The translations under genes and the position numbers were made by a program. A stretch of 64,000 nt of DNA, taken from Epithemia pelagica. Taxonomy: Eukaryota; Protista; Bacillariophyta. The stretch's first letter is position 1; each line of letters opens with the position of its first letter. Location: assembly GCA_946965045.2 (NCBI GenBank), contig OX337228.1, positions 3,348,001-3,412,000 on the forward strand, in the 5' to 3' direction. The notes under the pieces are model-generated. The model saw only the letters and a program-made list of their open reading frames with translations. It was not told the DNA's origin and made no database searches. Positions 44,201-54,522 of the stretch are shown here, piece by piece.

Positions 44201-45435
44201 ATGTTGATACCAAGGCGGATCCATGTGTCCTACGACGGGAACGAAAGCGTGACAATGGGGAACCGTACTATGAGCTGATTTTAGTTTACGTTGATGACAT
44301 CTTGCTTGTCAGCCACAAGCCTGAACCAGTGTTTGAGGAGATAGACCGCCATTACAAGATAAAGAAAGGGAGTATCGGACCACCGACCACGTACCTGGGG
44401 GCGCAGGTGTACCAACACAACCTGCCCACAGGGGGAACGGCATGGGGTATGTCCAGTGAGAAGTACGTAAATAACGCGATCAAAGTGGTGGAGCAATTGT
44501 TGCTGGAAGACGGGGACGGAAAACATCTCAAAACAACTGCGCGGGTACCAATCGAAACTTCGTACAAGCCCGAGCTTGATACTTCTGAGGAGCTGGATGA
44601 TAAGATGAGAGCTCGGTACCAACAGCTGATTGGTGTGTTGAGATGGGCGGTCGAGATTGGCCGCGTGGATATCTACTTGGAAGTTTCGATCATGTCACAG
44701 TATCTAGCAAATCCGCGGAAGGGACATCTTGAAGCTGTGTATTGCGTGTTTTCATTCCTCAAATCTCACCCGAAGCTCAAGATGGTATTCGACCCTGTCA
44801 CAGTGAAGCTCGACGAGAGTTGTTTCGCGCAGACACCGATCGAAGAGTGGAAAGAGTTTTACGGGGACGTAGCGGAAGAAGTACCAGCAGACATGCCGAC
44901 ACCACTTGGGAATCCGGTGGAAATCACGTGCTTCGTGGACGCAGATCACGCTGGGAATGTCGTCACGCGTCGATCCCACACAGGCATATTGGTGTTCTTG
45001 CAGAACGCTCCGATCCTTTGGTTCTCAAAACGCCAAAATACCGTGGAAACATCCAGTTTCGGGAGCGAATTCGTGGCGATGAGAATCGCCAAAGAGTTGA
45101 TTGTTGGGATGCGGTATAAGTTGCGAATGTTCGGTGTTCCGGTTGTCGGTCCGGCCAATATTCTCTGTGACAATCGAGGCGTTGTCAAAAATACCAGCAT
45201 ACCTTCATCCATCCTGAGCAAGCGACACAACGCCATCAACTATCATTCGGTCCGTGAAGCGGCAGCCGCAGGAATCGTCAGAGTCGGCAAGGAAGACACG
45301 GAGACCAACATTGCTGACTTGTTTACCAAGATGCTTCCCCAGAGTCGAAGAAATAACTTGATCTCACAGTTCACATATTCATCGGCATTTGGGGACCGGG
45401 GACCTCCCTCACAACCGCGGGGGACAACAAAGTGA
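41281..45435 (+). CDS. pol: Copia Pol (protease, integrase, chromo-like domain, RT, RNase H), in frame with gag
   Basis: PR: EMDTMADT. INT: FYTDT/LTADL/AEREIG. RT: KARLVAGGH, DIGNAYL, LYGLKSSG, YVDDIL. RH: FVDADHAG, SEFVA, CDN, ADLFTK. Confidence 0.95.
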   Translation, partial: RQASVVTCGARREVTTDKTVDCSIGNMGISTGNGNDVACNEMDTMADTSCAGVNWTLMETTGMECKVSDFMGQQVGGQYVPIATCATCIREKSTGVEYILIGHQMLWFGSALKKTLLNQNQIRYCGHVVRDDPTRKEDEGFGITADGLYIPFEIQGTTIYFESRAPTKHEIETLPAVTLTRQELWDPKSVDLSLHNRSPLDDAREEISLEIGAVSSACDPVAVGQRLDSLRSVGGLGSDRHSTVSPENLSKKWKIGLETARKTLRVTTQQGIRTAVTPITRRYRVDNLALHRNRLNSRFYTDTLFARTTSLSGHKCAQVFTDGQYTAVYPLASKAHVGQALACFIDEVGVPDGLTADLAGEQTGAATQFTKLSRFHRIDLKWAEKGTSKQNHRAEREIGLLKQRWHRRMVDCRVPRRLWDYGLVHESGVLSRVARGHDSRSGIERLTGETPDISEWIDFQFFDIVWYHDNTKADTSDEHRHLGFWLGIAHRIGSDLCYWILTKAGKVLARTTVQHVTEQEQAEPAITAKIQEFRLIVEQRLDDTNFVDWESKGPGFLEDVEEPVEDDTQVKGVIPTDEEYGKMIQEPKPEADDLGEEYDNYLGAQIQLDVGGETLLGTVVKRKKGLDGKPIGTRHKNPLFDSRAYDVSFPGGVIQEYTANVIAESLYSQLDDQGRQFAIMSEIIGHRKNGDAVGKDDGFIVSKNGNKVPRRTTKGWEIAIEWKDGSQSWIPLREAKDGYPIELAEYIVAQGLEQEPAFHWWVPRVMNHKRRIINKVVGKKKKQKKYWKLTHKYGVRLPHSVEEALQFDKETGTTFWRDAIAKELGVVKVAWEARDDLVLAEVRAGRQLIGYTEIKCHMVFDVKMDLTRKARLVAGGHMTDAPSSLTYSSVVSRDSIRIAFLIAALNDLDVLACDIGNAYLNAPCREKIWFLGGAEVGSEFQGKVCVMTRALYGLKSSGASWRATLVSTLYDMGYVDTKADPCVLRRERKRDNGEPYYELILVYVDDILLVSHKPEPVFEEIDRHYKIKKGSIGPPTTYLGAQVYQHNLPTGGTAWGMSSEKYVNNAIKVVEQLLLEDGDGKHLKTTARVPIETSYKPELDTSEELDDKMRARYQQLIGVLRWAVEIGRVDIYLEVSIMSQYLANPRKGHLEAVYCVFSFLKSHPKLKMVFDPVTVKLDESCFAQTPIEEWKEFYGDVAEEVPADMPTPLGNPVEITCFVDADHAGNVVTRRSHTGILVFLQNAPILWFSKRQNTVETSSFGSEFVAMRIAKELIVGMRYKLRMFGVPVVGPANILCDNRGVVKNTSIPSSILSKRHNAINYHSVREAAAAGIVRVGKEDTETNIADLFTKMLPQSRRNNLISQFTYSSAFGDRGPPSQPRGTTK

Positions 45436-45466
45436 ATTCTCGGGGTGAGCTACACTTTGCGGGGAC

Positions 45467-45626
45467 TGTCTTATTCGGGTCGTGGGAACAAAACCCGGAT
45501 ATGGGAAATCTTTGGGGGTTTTACCGTTTACATGGTTACTATTTTGGGGATCCTTACATTAGTGGTTTAGCCTTATAATATCTTTTAGATTTGCACGTTG
45601 AATAAGGTATCGACTGGAACAAGACA
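45467..45626 (+). repeat. 3' LTR
   Basis: Matches 39148-39307. Confidence 0.97.
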
Positions 45627-45834
45627 GTACCCATTATAGAAAATATGGGGGGAAAAGGCCGGGGAGAGGAGGGAAAGGGGAAAGGGAAGGAGGAAGAAGA
45701 GAGAAGGGAAGGGAAGGATTCGTAAGTGTAAGATTCCATTGATTTCAAGATGCGACCAAACCAATTCTCACTCACATGTCGTTGCTTCTGAACGAATGTC
45801 ATGCTTTCGAGGCATCCTTCTTCTTTGTTCTTGA

Positions 45835-47213
45835 ACCCTCGGTATCAGTGTCCACTGCTTAGCTGTTTTTTGTCTGTGCCACCTTCATAGGTTCCCAAGT
45901 GGACACAGACAGGAAATTTCCCTTTTGACTCAAATGGAAATGGCTAAAAAGCAAATTGGCGCGCATACCCAGCTGGAGTTTTCACAGTTCATGAAACAGA
46001 CGCAAGCCCAGCAAGCGGCCCTGCGTGGATGACGGTTGGTTGGTCTTCGCAGAATGCGCCATCCAAATCCGCCATAAAATCACACAGAGGCCATCACAGT
46101 TCACAATGGCATGGCATGAATTGTCGCCTTTCATGCAATTGAGGTAAGTTTGAACGCACAACATGTTTCCATGACAACAGCTCTTGTACTGTCATTCTAA
46201 CTTCTCCCTCACTCTTGTATTCGTTTTTCTCTTCTGATATTCTCCATTCGCCAAGTGTCTCTCTCCACTTCTTTGAGAGCGAAAGTTTTGTGCCTATGGA
46301 ATGCCTATTCTCCATTCGAGCCTCGGCTTAAAATTGGAAACCACAACATAAAGCTTCTTTTCTTTGAATTTTGGAGGAGTTTTTATCTGTAGTTTAGTTC
46401 TCATCTTTCATAGGTTTTGTAAGATCGTTGCAGCGTGTTATTTCCTTGTTTTCAACAACCATGACACTCTGAAGCAGGTAAGAAGCCATCTTCCAGCATA
46501 TCCGATAGACTCTATGATCCATGACGAAGACTCCTCTAGTTATAGTAGGACTAGTGACAACAAGATGCTGCAGTTGTCGTCATCTAGATCTACCACTCAA
46601 CGAAAGGTTCTGTGGTCCACACGGATGATGGATGGGCGAAACACAATGATGAGTGTAAAAAAACATGCTACAAAGATATGAAGACAACCAACCAACAATC
46701 AAACAGCACTACGAATAAAGCAAAGGAAAAGTTGTGGCAAATAGCCTACAATGACTTGTCCTCCGTTTCATTGCGACGAAATCAAAGGACAACAAACCAT
46801 CAACTTTAACATGGACAAAGATAAATGAGATAACGTGTGAGAAAACTATGCAGGGCATGAAAGAAGCTAAGAGACAAACAACAAGTAACAAGAGAGAAAA
46901 CCAACCAAAATACTGCTTCAGGTCACAAGGATTCGTAAAGAGCTCGCTTCATGGTCAATGTCGATGTTTTTGACACCGCGTGAAATTTTTTGTGACGAGT
47001 ATGAAAGGATTCCAAATTTGAATCGTGGTCACGGTCACAGGAAGGTGCCAACCGCCAACGGCTACTTGCACGCCGGCATTTCCACCAGCACGAGGAATCA
47101 TATTGGTGAAAAGGACAGACGAAAAGTGAAATTTCCTGTCTGTGTCCACTTGGGAACCTATGAAGGTGGCACAGACAAAAAACAGCTAAGCAGTGGACAC
47201 TGATACCGAGGGT
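45835..47213. mobile_element. Non-coding foldback / MITE-like element with 86-bp inverted repeats
   Basis: 45835-45920 is the reverse complement of 47128-47213. The interior has no credible ORF and no TSD was found. Confidence 0.7.
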
Positions 47214-47690
47214 ATCAGAGGGGAAGAGGCGCGTACATGTTTTCCTTATAACCTACTGGCACTCACATTCGCTCTTTTTGCCCTCCTTACATTTAACTTT
47301 TCAGACAGTCGGACGAGAATCAGACTCATTATTGCAAGGTACGTGTGTGCTTCACGCATTTGCACGGATCATTGCGCGAAGATTTCACGCGTCACTCCTC
47401 TGCGCGCGAAGATCGCTTCCAGAACTTGCTACCTGCTACGAACAAAAGGATTCGCTCATAATTTTTTTATTTCATTTTTCTAAATCAAATCTTTTCTCGT
47501 TGTTGTTGTTGTCCTTTTAGATCATGACAGTGGTTTTGTCATTCAGTTCTTGCAATATTTTGGTGCTTTTTCTTTTAAGAATTCATTTGGTGGTATTGTG
47601 TGGATGTGGTGGTGGTTTGTATGTCATGTTGGTCGTGGTTTGGTTTTGGCAGTGGATCCAAGATGAAGTGGATGACAGTCTCCATCGGAC

Positions 47691-50600
47691 TCATCCACCC
47701 CTTTCCTTCCTTTTCTTTGTGTTGGTGTTCTGCTTCTTCTTGGGACAATCATCATCATGAGGAGGCCGGCCTCTCCTTCCACCAGTATCACAATATGCAA
47801 AATATTTGGCACAACAGAACTCTGTTTGGTGCCATGGTGATGTTGTCCTTGGTGGGTTCATTGAGTGGCCCAGCATGTTCCATGGCCTATGGAGGTTCCA
47901 AAAATGGGCTACTGCAGTGCATGGATGGAACAAACCTGTCTGTGCTGGTCCAAATAACTGCGCTGCTGTTTGTGGCACCATGACAGGTCGTTGTGGCAGT
48001 GGTGGTGCTGGCACATGAATTGTTGTTTGGTGAGGATGCTGTGGTATGTTTTGGATATTGGAATGGGCAACAACTTCCTTTGTTTTCTTCTTTTCTGACT
48101 CTTTGTCATTGCCCATCTCTTGCCCGCTGTCTTTTGTTTCATTCCTCTTGTCCTTGTCTTGACTGTTTTCGCCTGTGTTCTCGGTTGTTGTTCGAATGAC
48201 TGACTCCTCTGCTGGTTGTTGTTGTGTTTGTTCGTGTTGCAATGTTGCTTCCACCCCAATATCTGTTTGCTGGACTGTTGTTGTGGTTTGGTGCTGTTGT
48301 TGCATTGCTTGTTGCCCACTGGACGTCTTTGCTTTCTTGTACGGGTTCAACCGTACCATGACAACGTCGCCTGCTGTTGTTGTTGTGGTTGTCATTGGAA
48401 TCGATGCATCATGTGGCAATCTCACCGGATTGCGCCCACATTGAAAACACTGGCACCGATCATTCAATGGATGTTTCGGCACTCTTGCAACCTCGGCTCG
48501 TACAGCGAGGTATTCCGAAAAAAATCGTTCGCCTGTGTCCTGAGGTAAGTTTTCGAGGTCCTGAAATGGTGGCGATGCTCCAGCACCAATCGCCAACTTG
48601 TTGATGTGAGCAAGTGCACTATGATTGTAGTGACTCACCACAAACTCCCATCCTGCTGGGATTTTTGCTCTTTCTTCTTCAGACTTGTTTCGGACTTGGA
48701 TCCTGTGACGGATCTGAAGATTGTATTGCGCGGTTCCTGCGAGCTTCAGATTGTCGGCAAGTGATTCTCTCATGCCTGTGTTTGCAAAGTTGGACAGGTT
48801 GTCATGGAAGGACTCAAGCATTGACTCACCCCGGCAAGTATCCCATTCAGACAACCCATGTTTAGAGTTTGCATTTGCCTTCAACTCACTATACATTTCG
48901 TTCAGGGGCAAGGGATCCGCAAGATATTGTGCCTTCTTCTTGCAATTTTCAATTGCATCGTGGGTTTCGTGGGTGAACAAGGTTTGGTTGGTCTTGGGGT
49001 CTAGTCTACCTTGGCCTGGAGGCTTCCCGGGTGATGCGCCAACTTTGAACAGCACCTTCCATCGCTCAAGGTTGCTTGCAATCACCTCTGGACCGTGTAT
49101 CTTCTTGCGTAAGTACTTTCCGTATCGCTGTCGGAAAACCTTTGTGTTCATCATATCTTGTATCTCATCTTCAGTATAACAACACCCAACACTTGAAAGA
49201 GTTCCTGTTTTCAAAGCATCCAACAATTTTTCTAGATCCTCTGTTTCGTACTCATAAACACAAAGGATCAATTCGCGAATTGCCTTGCCATGGTCGATGT
49301 GGCGATTGCGCAAGGTCTTGGATATCCGTTGTAGAAAGTGAAACAGTCCAAGGCAAAGTTTTGCTCCAGGAACCAACAATCCCCAAAAATCTTCTCCATG
49401 TGGGCATGTATCAGTATACATTGCCTTCGGCTCAAAGCAGGTACGTCGAAGAAGCTGCTCTGCTGCATGTGCCACATCCTTTGTTTTAGTAGTCGGGACT
49501 AACACTGCTGCTGCTATTTCACCTCTCTCATTTGAGGAATCCCATAATGCAACAGCCTTGATCCTGGAAGGGTAATTTTTCACGACTTCATGAGTATGGT
49601 CGTGAGCCATTACTTTTGTGCATTTTACACCTTGAATCTCACGTGTGTTTCTGTCATGATCTGATATTTTGTACCAGGTCCAATCTGAACTTGCAGCATC
49701 GTCATAGAGTTGGCGGATTGTTTCTCCCAAAGGTGGGTAACGTACTAACCACTCACCATCCTTGACAGGGTAGTCTTCACCCTTTTTGTTCGTTTCCTTA
49801 CAGAATGAGTAGTAGGAGGCAGTTCTCTCCTCATAGTCCTTGTTAATCCCATCTAGCAACATCCTAGAGCACTTATCTCCATTTCCGTAGGTTAGCATCA
49901 ATCCTTCAAAGTGTCGTGTTGCCGTCTTAGTGATATGCTGGTTACCTCTTGCATACTTCGGCTCGACCGGGTAGCAATTTGCCATGTAGATCGGCAATGT
50001 GGCAAGAAGCTCTCCATCGTTGGACTGGAAGCTCGCCCGGCAGCAGGGGCACTTATACCCCATCAGGATGGCGTACATTGGGGGACCATTCATCCCAAAC
50101 AACGGAAACAGAGTCTTGTTTTTTGAAAAATTAGACCGAGTACGCTGGAGAGTACCGTCGCATCGTGGACAACGAAGGGAGTGATCGGGGAAGAACATTT
50201 CCCAATCCACTACCAAGATTTCCTGGTTCACGACTGAATCATACAGAGCACACGTGTTACCTCGGATGGGGGGTACACAAAATGCCATACCACGGAAGAA
50301 CGACTGCAATTTCTGTGTACTGCGCGTGTGACCAAAACACGAGTCCGCAATATAGCCCGCAAGCGCGTGCACCATTTTTGGCACAGTCACATCATCTGTC
50401 ACATCTGCCCAACGACTCAGAATTTGTTGTTTAAACACTTCAAGAGGTGCGTGCGCTGGTTCTGTCACGTCTTTCGTAGTTTTCGAATTTTTTTTGGAAT
50501 ACTTACGGTAGGGGGCTTAACAGTTTCCATAGTATTGTTGAGTTCCGTTGAGGGAGTGAATAGGGCCGGACGCATGCTAACGTTTTTCTTCTCTCGCTCT

Positions 50601-51088
50601 TCTGCTTTTCTTCGTGCAGCGTACTCACGATCCCAATCCACTGACAGTGCGAAAGGTTTGGGCAAACCTTGTGCACAGTTGTTGCGAGGAGCCATGAAGC
50701 TCTCCAAGGCTTCTTGGTTGTTGTTGGATGGGTGGCAAGTCTCTGGCCCAGCAATAGGCCTTGCCATTTCCTGAGCCAACAGTTTGTTCACCCTCTCTGT
50801 GTCAACACAGATTTCCCCTGCCCAAGTGTCATTCGATCCCAGCCCCTTTGTCTTCCTGTTGTGTGGGCAGCGTTGGTGGTGGCTTTTGTGGGGTTTGGTA
50901 AGTCCCAGTGCCTTTGCCTTGCAGATTGGGCATTCCTTCTCTGGAATAAACTTTTCCTCACCAAAGACTGACCTTTGGGAGAGCTTTTTGGGTGGTGGGT
51001 CTTTCCTTGGCGCTCGTTTCATCAGGTTGCGACGGCACTGAGACTGGCGACCCATGGAGAAGCCAACCAGAGTTGTTTGGGAAACCAT
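47691..51088 (-). CDS. MULE-like DDE transposase in two overlapping frames (51088-50465 and about 50490-47691)
   Basis: N-terminal CPIC...H...C finger, CPRC/CPCC zinc motifs, AHDHT (D), MYTDTCP (D), LGLFHFLQRI, RGESMLESFH (E), and a C-terminal RRGRPP AT-hook. Element ends were not found and the superfamily call is tentative. Confidence 0.7.
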
Positions 51089-51471
51089 TATGACTGCTTC
51101 TAACACTCTCTCTTATGTTTTTACTCTATTTTTGTTGTTGAGATGCCCAGAAACTTATTGATGGAATGGACTTGTCCCATTGTCGTCGCTCGGAAGCTCA
51201 AAAAAGCGCGAGCGACCGACCGGATCGGCAGAGGGAATTTCGTCTTTGCGTTTTTTCGAAGTGCCTGTGCGTGATTGGGGAAGTTGGTGGGATTCGTTTT
51301 TTGAACGGTAAGACAGTTTATTTTTGTTGTTTACTTATGTGTTAATGTGTCTGAGTGACTCGTCTAACCCAATCACATGTCTGCCTTGGAAAACTAACAC
51401 CCCTTAGGCCCCGGGAGCGCTCTTTGGGTACACCATTTCCACTAGATAGGACATGACCAATATTAGGCCTA

Positions 51472-51619
51472 CGGCAACATGTGGATGCTCAAAGTTAATC
51501 TTTAAGACATCCTCTAACAACATTTGATAGCCCATTAGACCTATATATGACATACCTAGGTCATATGAGCGCCTCCATTAGAGACATGCGTATTAACTTT
51601 GAGCATCCACATGTTGCCG
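51472..51619. repeat. 148-bp hairpin / MITE-like unit with a perfect 28-bp inverted repeat
   Basis: CGGCAACATGTGGATGCTCAAAGTTAAT (51472-51499) and its reverse complement at 51592-51619. Confidence 0.85.
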
Positions 51620-51888
51620 ATTGTTTGTACTGGGTGGAGTGACGTGGCCGATGCTGGCCAGACTCCACGACCGACAACAGAGGTGCGACTGCTCCGCCTC
51701 CTCGACGCGAGGCGAGCATCCGATTTGATTCCCACAATCGGAAGTTTTAGGATGACCCTGATGCAGAGTCGTTGGAGCGTGAGAAGAGCTCACTCTTCTT
51801 GGGTTCAGCATCTTTGCAACGACTACGAGACGAGTTCGAGATCGCAACAATTCTAGTTAGCTAATCTTCTGAGTTTACCTTGTTCATC

Positions 51889-54050
51889 ATGACTTTCTCT
51901 GGTTCTAATCCGTTCCTCGAAGATCTCCTTCCGAAGAAATCGTCGTCGTCGAAAGGATCTGATCCCCCTGCTCCTTTCTCGTCTACTCCCGTGGCAGCCA
52001 TCGTCTCCCAACCTGACGATTCGAAGGATGATAAGAAACCTCCCGCTTCCAGCAACAAGTCCTCCCTCAAGGCTCACGCTCCCAAGGAAGATGATGATGC
52101 TTACTCGGTCGAGTCCGATTCCGAAGCCCAAGAGAAACTCTTTGCTGAAGCCAAGACCATCTCTGTCCTCAACGATAAGATCAAGAAACTCCAGGCTCCG
52201 CCTCCCTCTGCTCCCAAGCGCTCTGACTCTCTCCTTGAAGACTCCGACGCAGCTGATGGTGACGATGAGTTTATCCTCGCCGAAGGAACGATCGGTACTG
52301 ATCCTGCCAAAGGAACTTCCCCCTCTCCTTTTCGTGCAGGCGCCTACCGCCACGAGTTTTACTTTACCCAGGACTTCCACACCCTTGAAGACAAGTCCCT
52401 TGACTTTATCTTCTCCGAACTCGCGAAGACCGAAGCGATCGACTGGTGCGACTCTTTTTTCCAACCTTTTCACGTTACATTGACTCGTGATCCATCCCTT
52501 TGGTCGGAAGTTCGCTCCAGCTTTAATCGTCTCACCTCCGCTGACGATCTTCATGTTTGGCTGACCTCCAAGACGAAGAATCATCCATTTGCATTGTTGG
52601 GTTTGTCTCGCAACGGAAATCCCCTTCTCTTCCACAATCTTTGTTGCCCAGCGGATTGTGGTTCATTCTTCGACCCCCAGATTCCATTTTATGGCCTCAA
52701 TCGCATTTCTTTTGAGACCATCCCGTTCCAACTTGACACTGATGACATCCCTCTACTTTTGAGCGACCATGTTTTCTCCCAAGTCCCCACTTTTGCGGAG
52801 ATCCTCGAGCATTGCGTTGTGGAGGTTGACGACTTCTCCCCGTCGTCTTCTGTCCCTCACCTGACCTTCGACTCATCCAAGCTCAAGAATCTTTCAGTGG
52901 CTTCCGCCTCCTCCTCTTCATTGAAGAAAGATCGCGAATTTGTTTGCTCAAGCCTATGCCTCGTGCCGCCTTGCCTCTCAGGACTCATGCTCCACAACAC
53001 CGACGCCTCGAATCATAACGTCAACATCCCATTTGAAGACTTGGCCAGTGGACTTTATAAGGTTGCCCTCCACCATTGGTGGACAGCCTCTTTGGATAGC
53101 TCTATGGAAACCAAGAAAAAGGGAATGCCGATAGATTACCCCCTCCTCATGATCCAGGAACCCATTATCCATTTTCTCTGGGTCGTCCTCCATCGTCGCG
53201 ATAACCCCAAGTTGCAGATTGTCTTTCCATCGATCCCCAAGGACCCCTTGAAAGCGAAATCCACATTGTTGAGTCATCGCTCCCGCCTTTTTCCCAAGCC
53301 TCCCTCCCAGCCCCACAGGACTCCACCATCATCTCGACGCCCTTCCTTGCGTCGTTCCTCGTCCAGCAACAGCGTTCGTTTCCAATCACAACCGCCGGTT
53401 GATTGTTCGATTCCCCAAGATGGATCTCCCCCGACCAATCTTCAGACCTCGAATAGTGGTGGTGTGCGAATGCTCGATGACGAAGGCAACGTTCATTTCG
53501 TTTCACCAGAAATGTTCCTGCTTTCGAAGTGCATCAAGGAGATGTCCTCAAAGAAAAATGGCAACGAAGATGACATCACTGCCCCAGAGTCAAAGAGCAT
53601 GTTTCGAGACATGCCTTTGAATGCTCAAAAACAACTCCGTCTCGGTTCGATCTCCCCCTCAGCCTCTTCACTCCCAGAAGACCTTTTACCAGCCATCAAG
53701 ATCGTGTGGAAATAGAAGAACTCCGCTACATTTTTCGAGTCCTTCCTAGCCAAAGTCTTTGACCCATCCGACAATGCCTGTACCATCCTTTTCGGACAAT
53801 GTACAGTGATCCAACGTCTTGGGTTACGTTGGAAATCGGAAGCGTGCCCTGGAGGCTTTAGCCCCTTTTCTTTCGATCCGTATGCCATTCCAGGCTTGGA
53901 TTCCAACCAAACACTTGACAAAAACATTCGGCAACAAATCCACGATGCTTCGCTATGCAATACGAGCGGTTCTCGTAACACTTCGCGCGCACGCTTCTCC
54001 AAGACCACGACCAGATACTTTCAGAAACTAGTGACGTCACTATGAAGCAA
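51889..54050 (+). pseudogene. gag: DIRS-type gag, 5' part
   Basis: ATG at 51889. An in-frame TAG at 53713-53715 is followed by an open frame (KNSATFFESFL...). A probable frameshift near 53975 leads into ...QILSETSDVTMKQ. Confidence 0.6.
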
Positions 54051-54522
54051 ACTGTGAGAAGCCTAATTTGTTAAATATAAGCTCGTCACATGATCGACCA
54101 TGGCCTTTTCCGACCGTCTTGCTATTGAATGCCAATTTTGGCCCCAAAACGGATGCTCTACTGCTGTTGTAAGCCTAAGAAACCTTTCTACATAGAGCAT
54201 AGAAGTCGTATCAACCGTTACAACAGAAGCAGATGCCAAGAAATCGGATGTAAACGACCCAATATTGTCGAGACTCCACTGTTCGCCAAAATATGAGCAA
54301 ATTTTCATTTTCCACAACTCGTCCACCTCGCCAGGAACATTCAAACTCTACAGATGTGAATAGAGCATAAACCTTGGTCGCATTTCAATCATCCGTTCCA
54401 AAGTGTTTTTTATATTCACAACGTCTCTCTTCTTGGTAATTGATGTCAATGGATGAGGTGCTATTTGTCTCGTAAACACTCTCCATTACAAACCATGTCG
54501 AGAGTTGAACACCCAAGAGACA

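Larger units (their letters stand above)
39148..45626 (+). mobile_element. Intact Ty1/Copia (CoDi-like) LTR retrotransposon, 6479 bp
   Basis: Identical 160-bp LTRs with TG...CA ends, GTAC repeated on both flanks (39144-39147, 45627-45630), and domain order PR-INT-RT-RH. Confidence 0.97.

Noticed and set aside
53713-53715. In-frame TAG within DIRS gag as a recoding site
   Set aside because: No leaky context or structure seen; consistent with a nonsense mutation.
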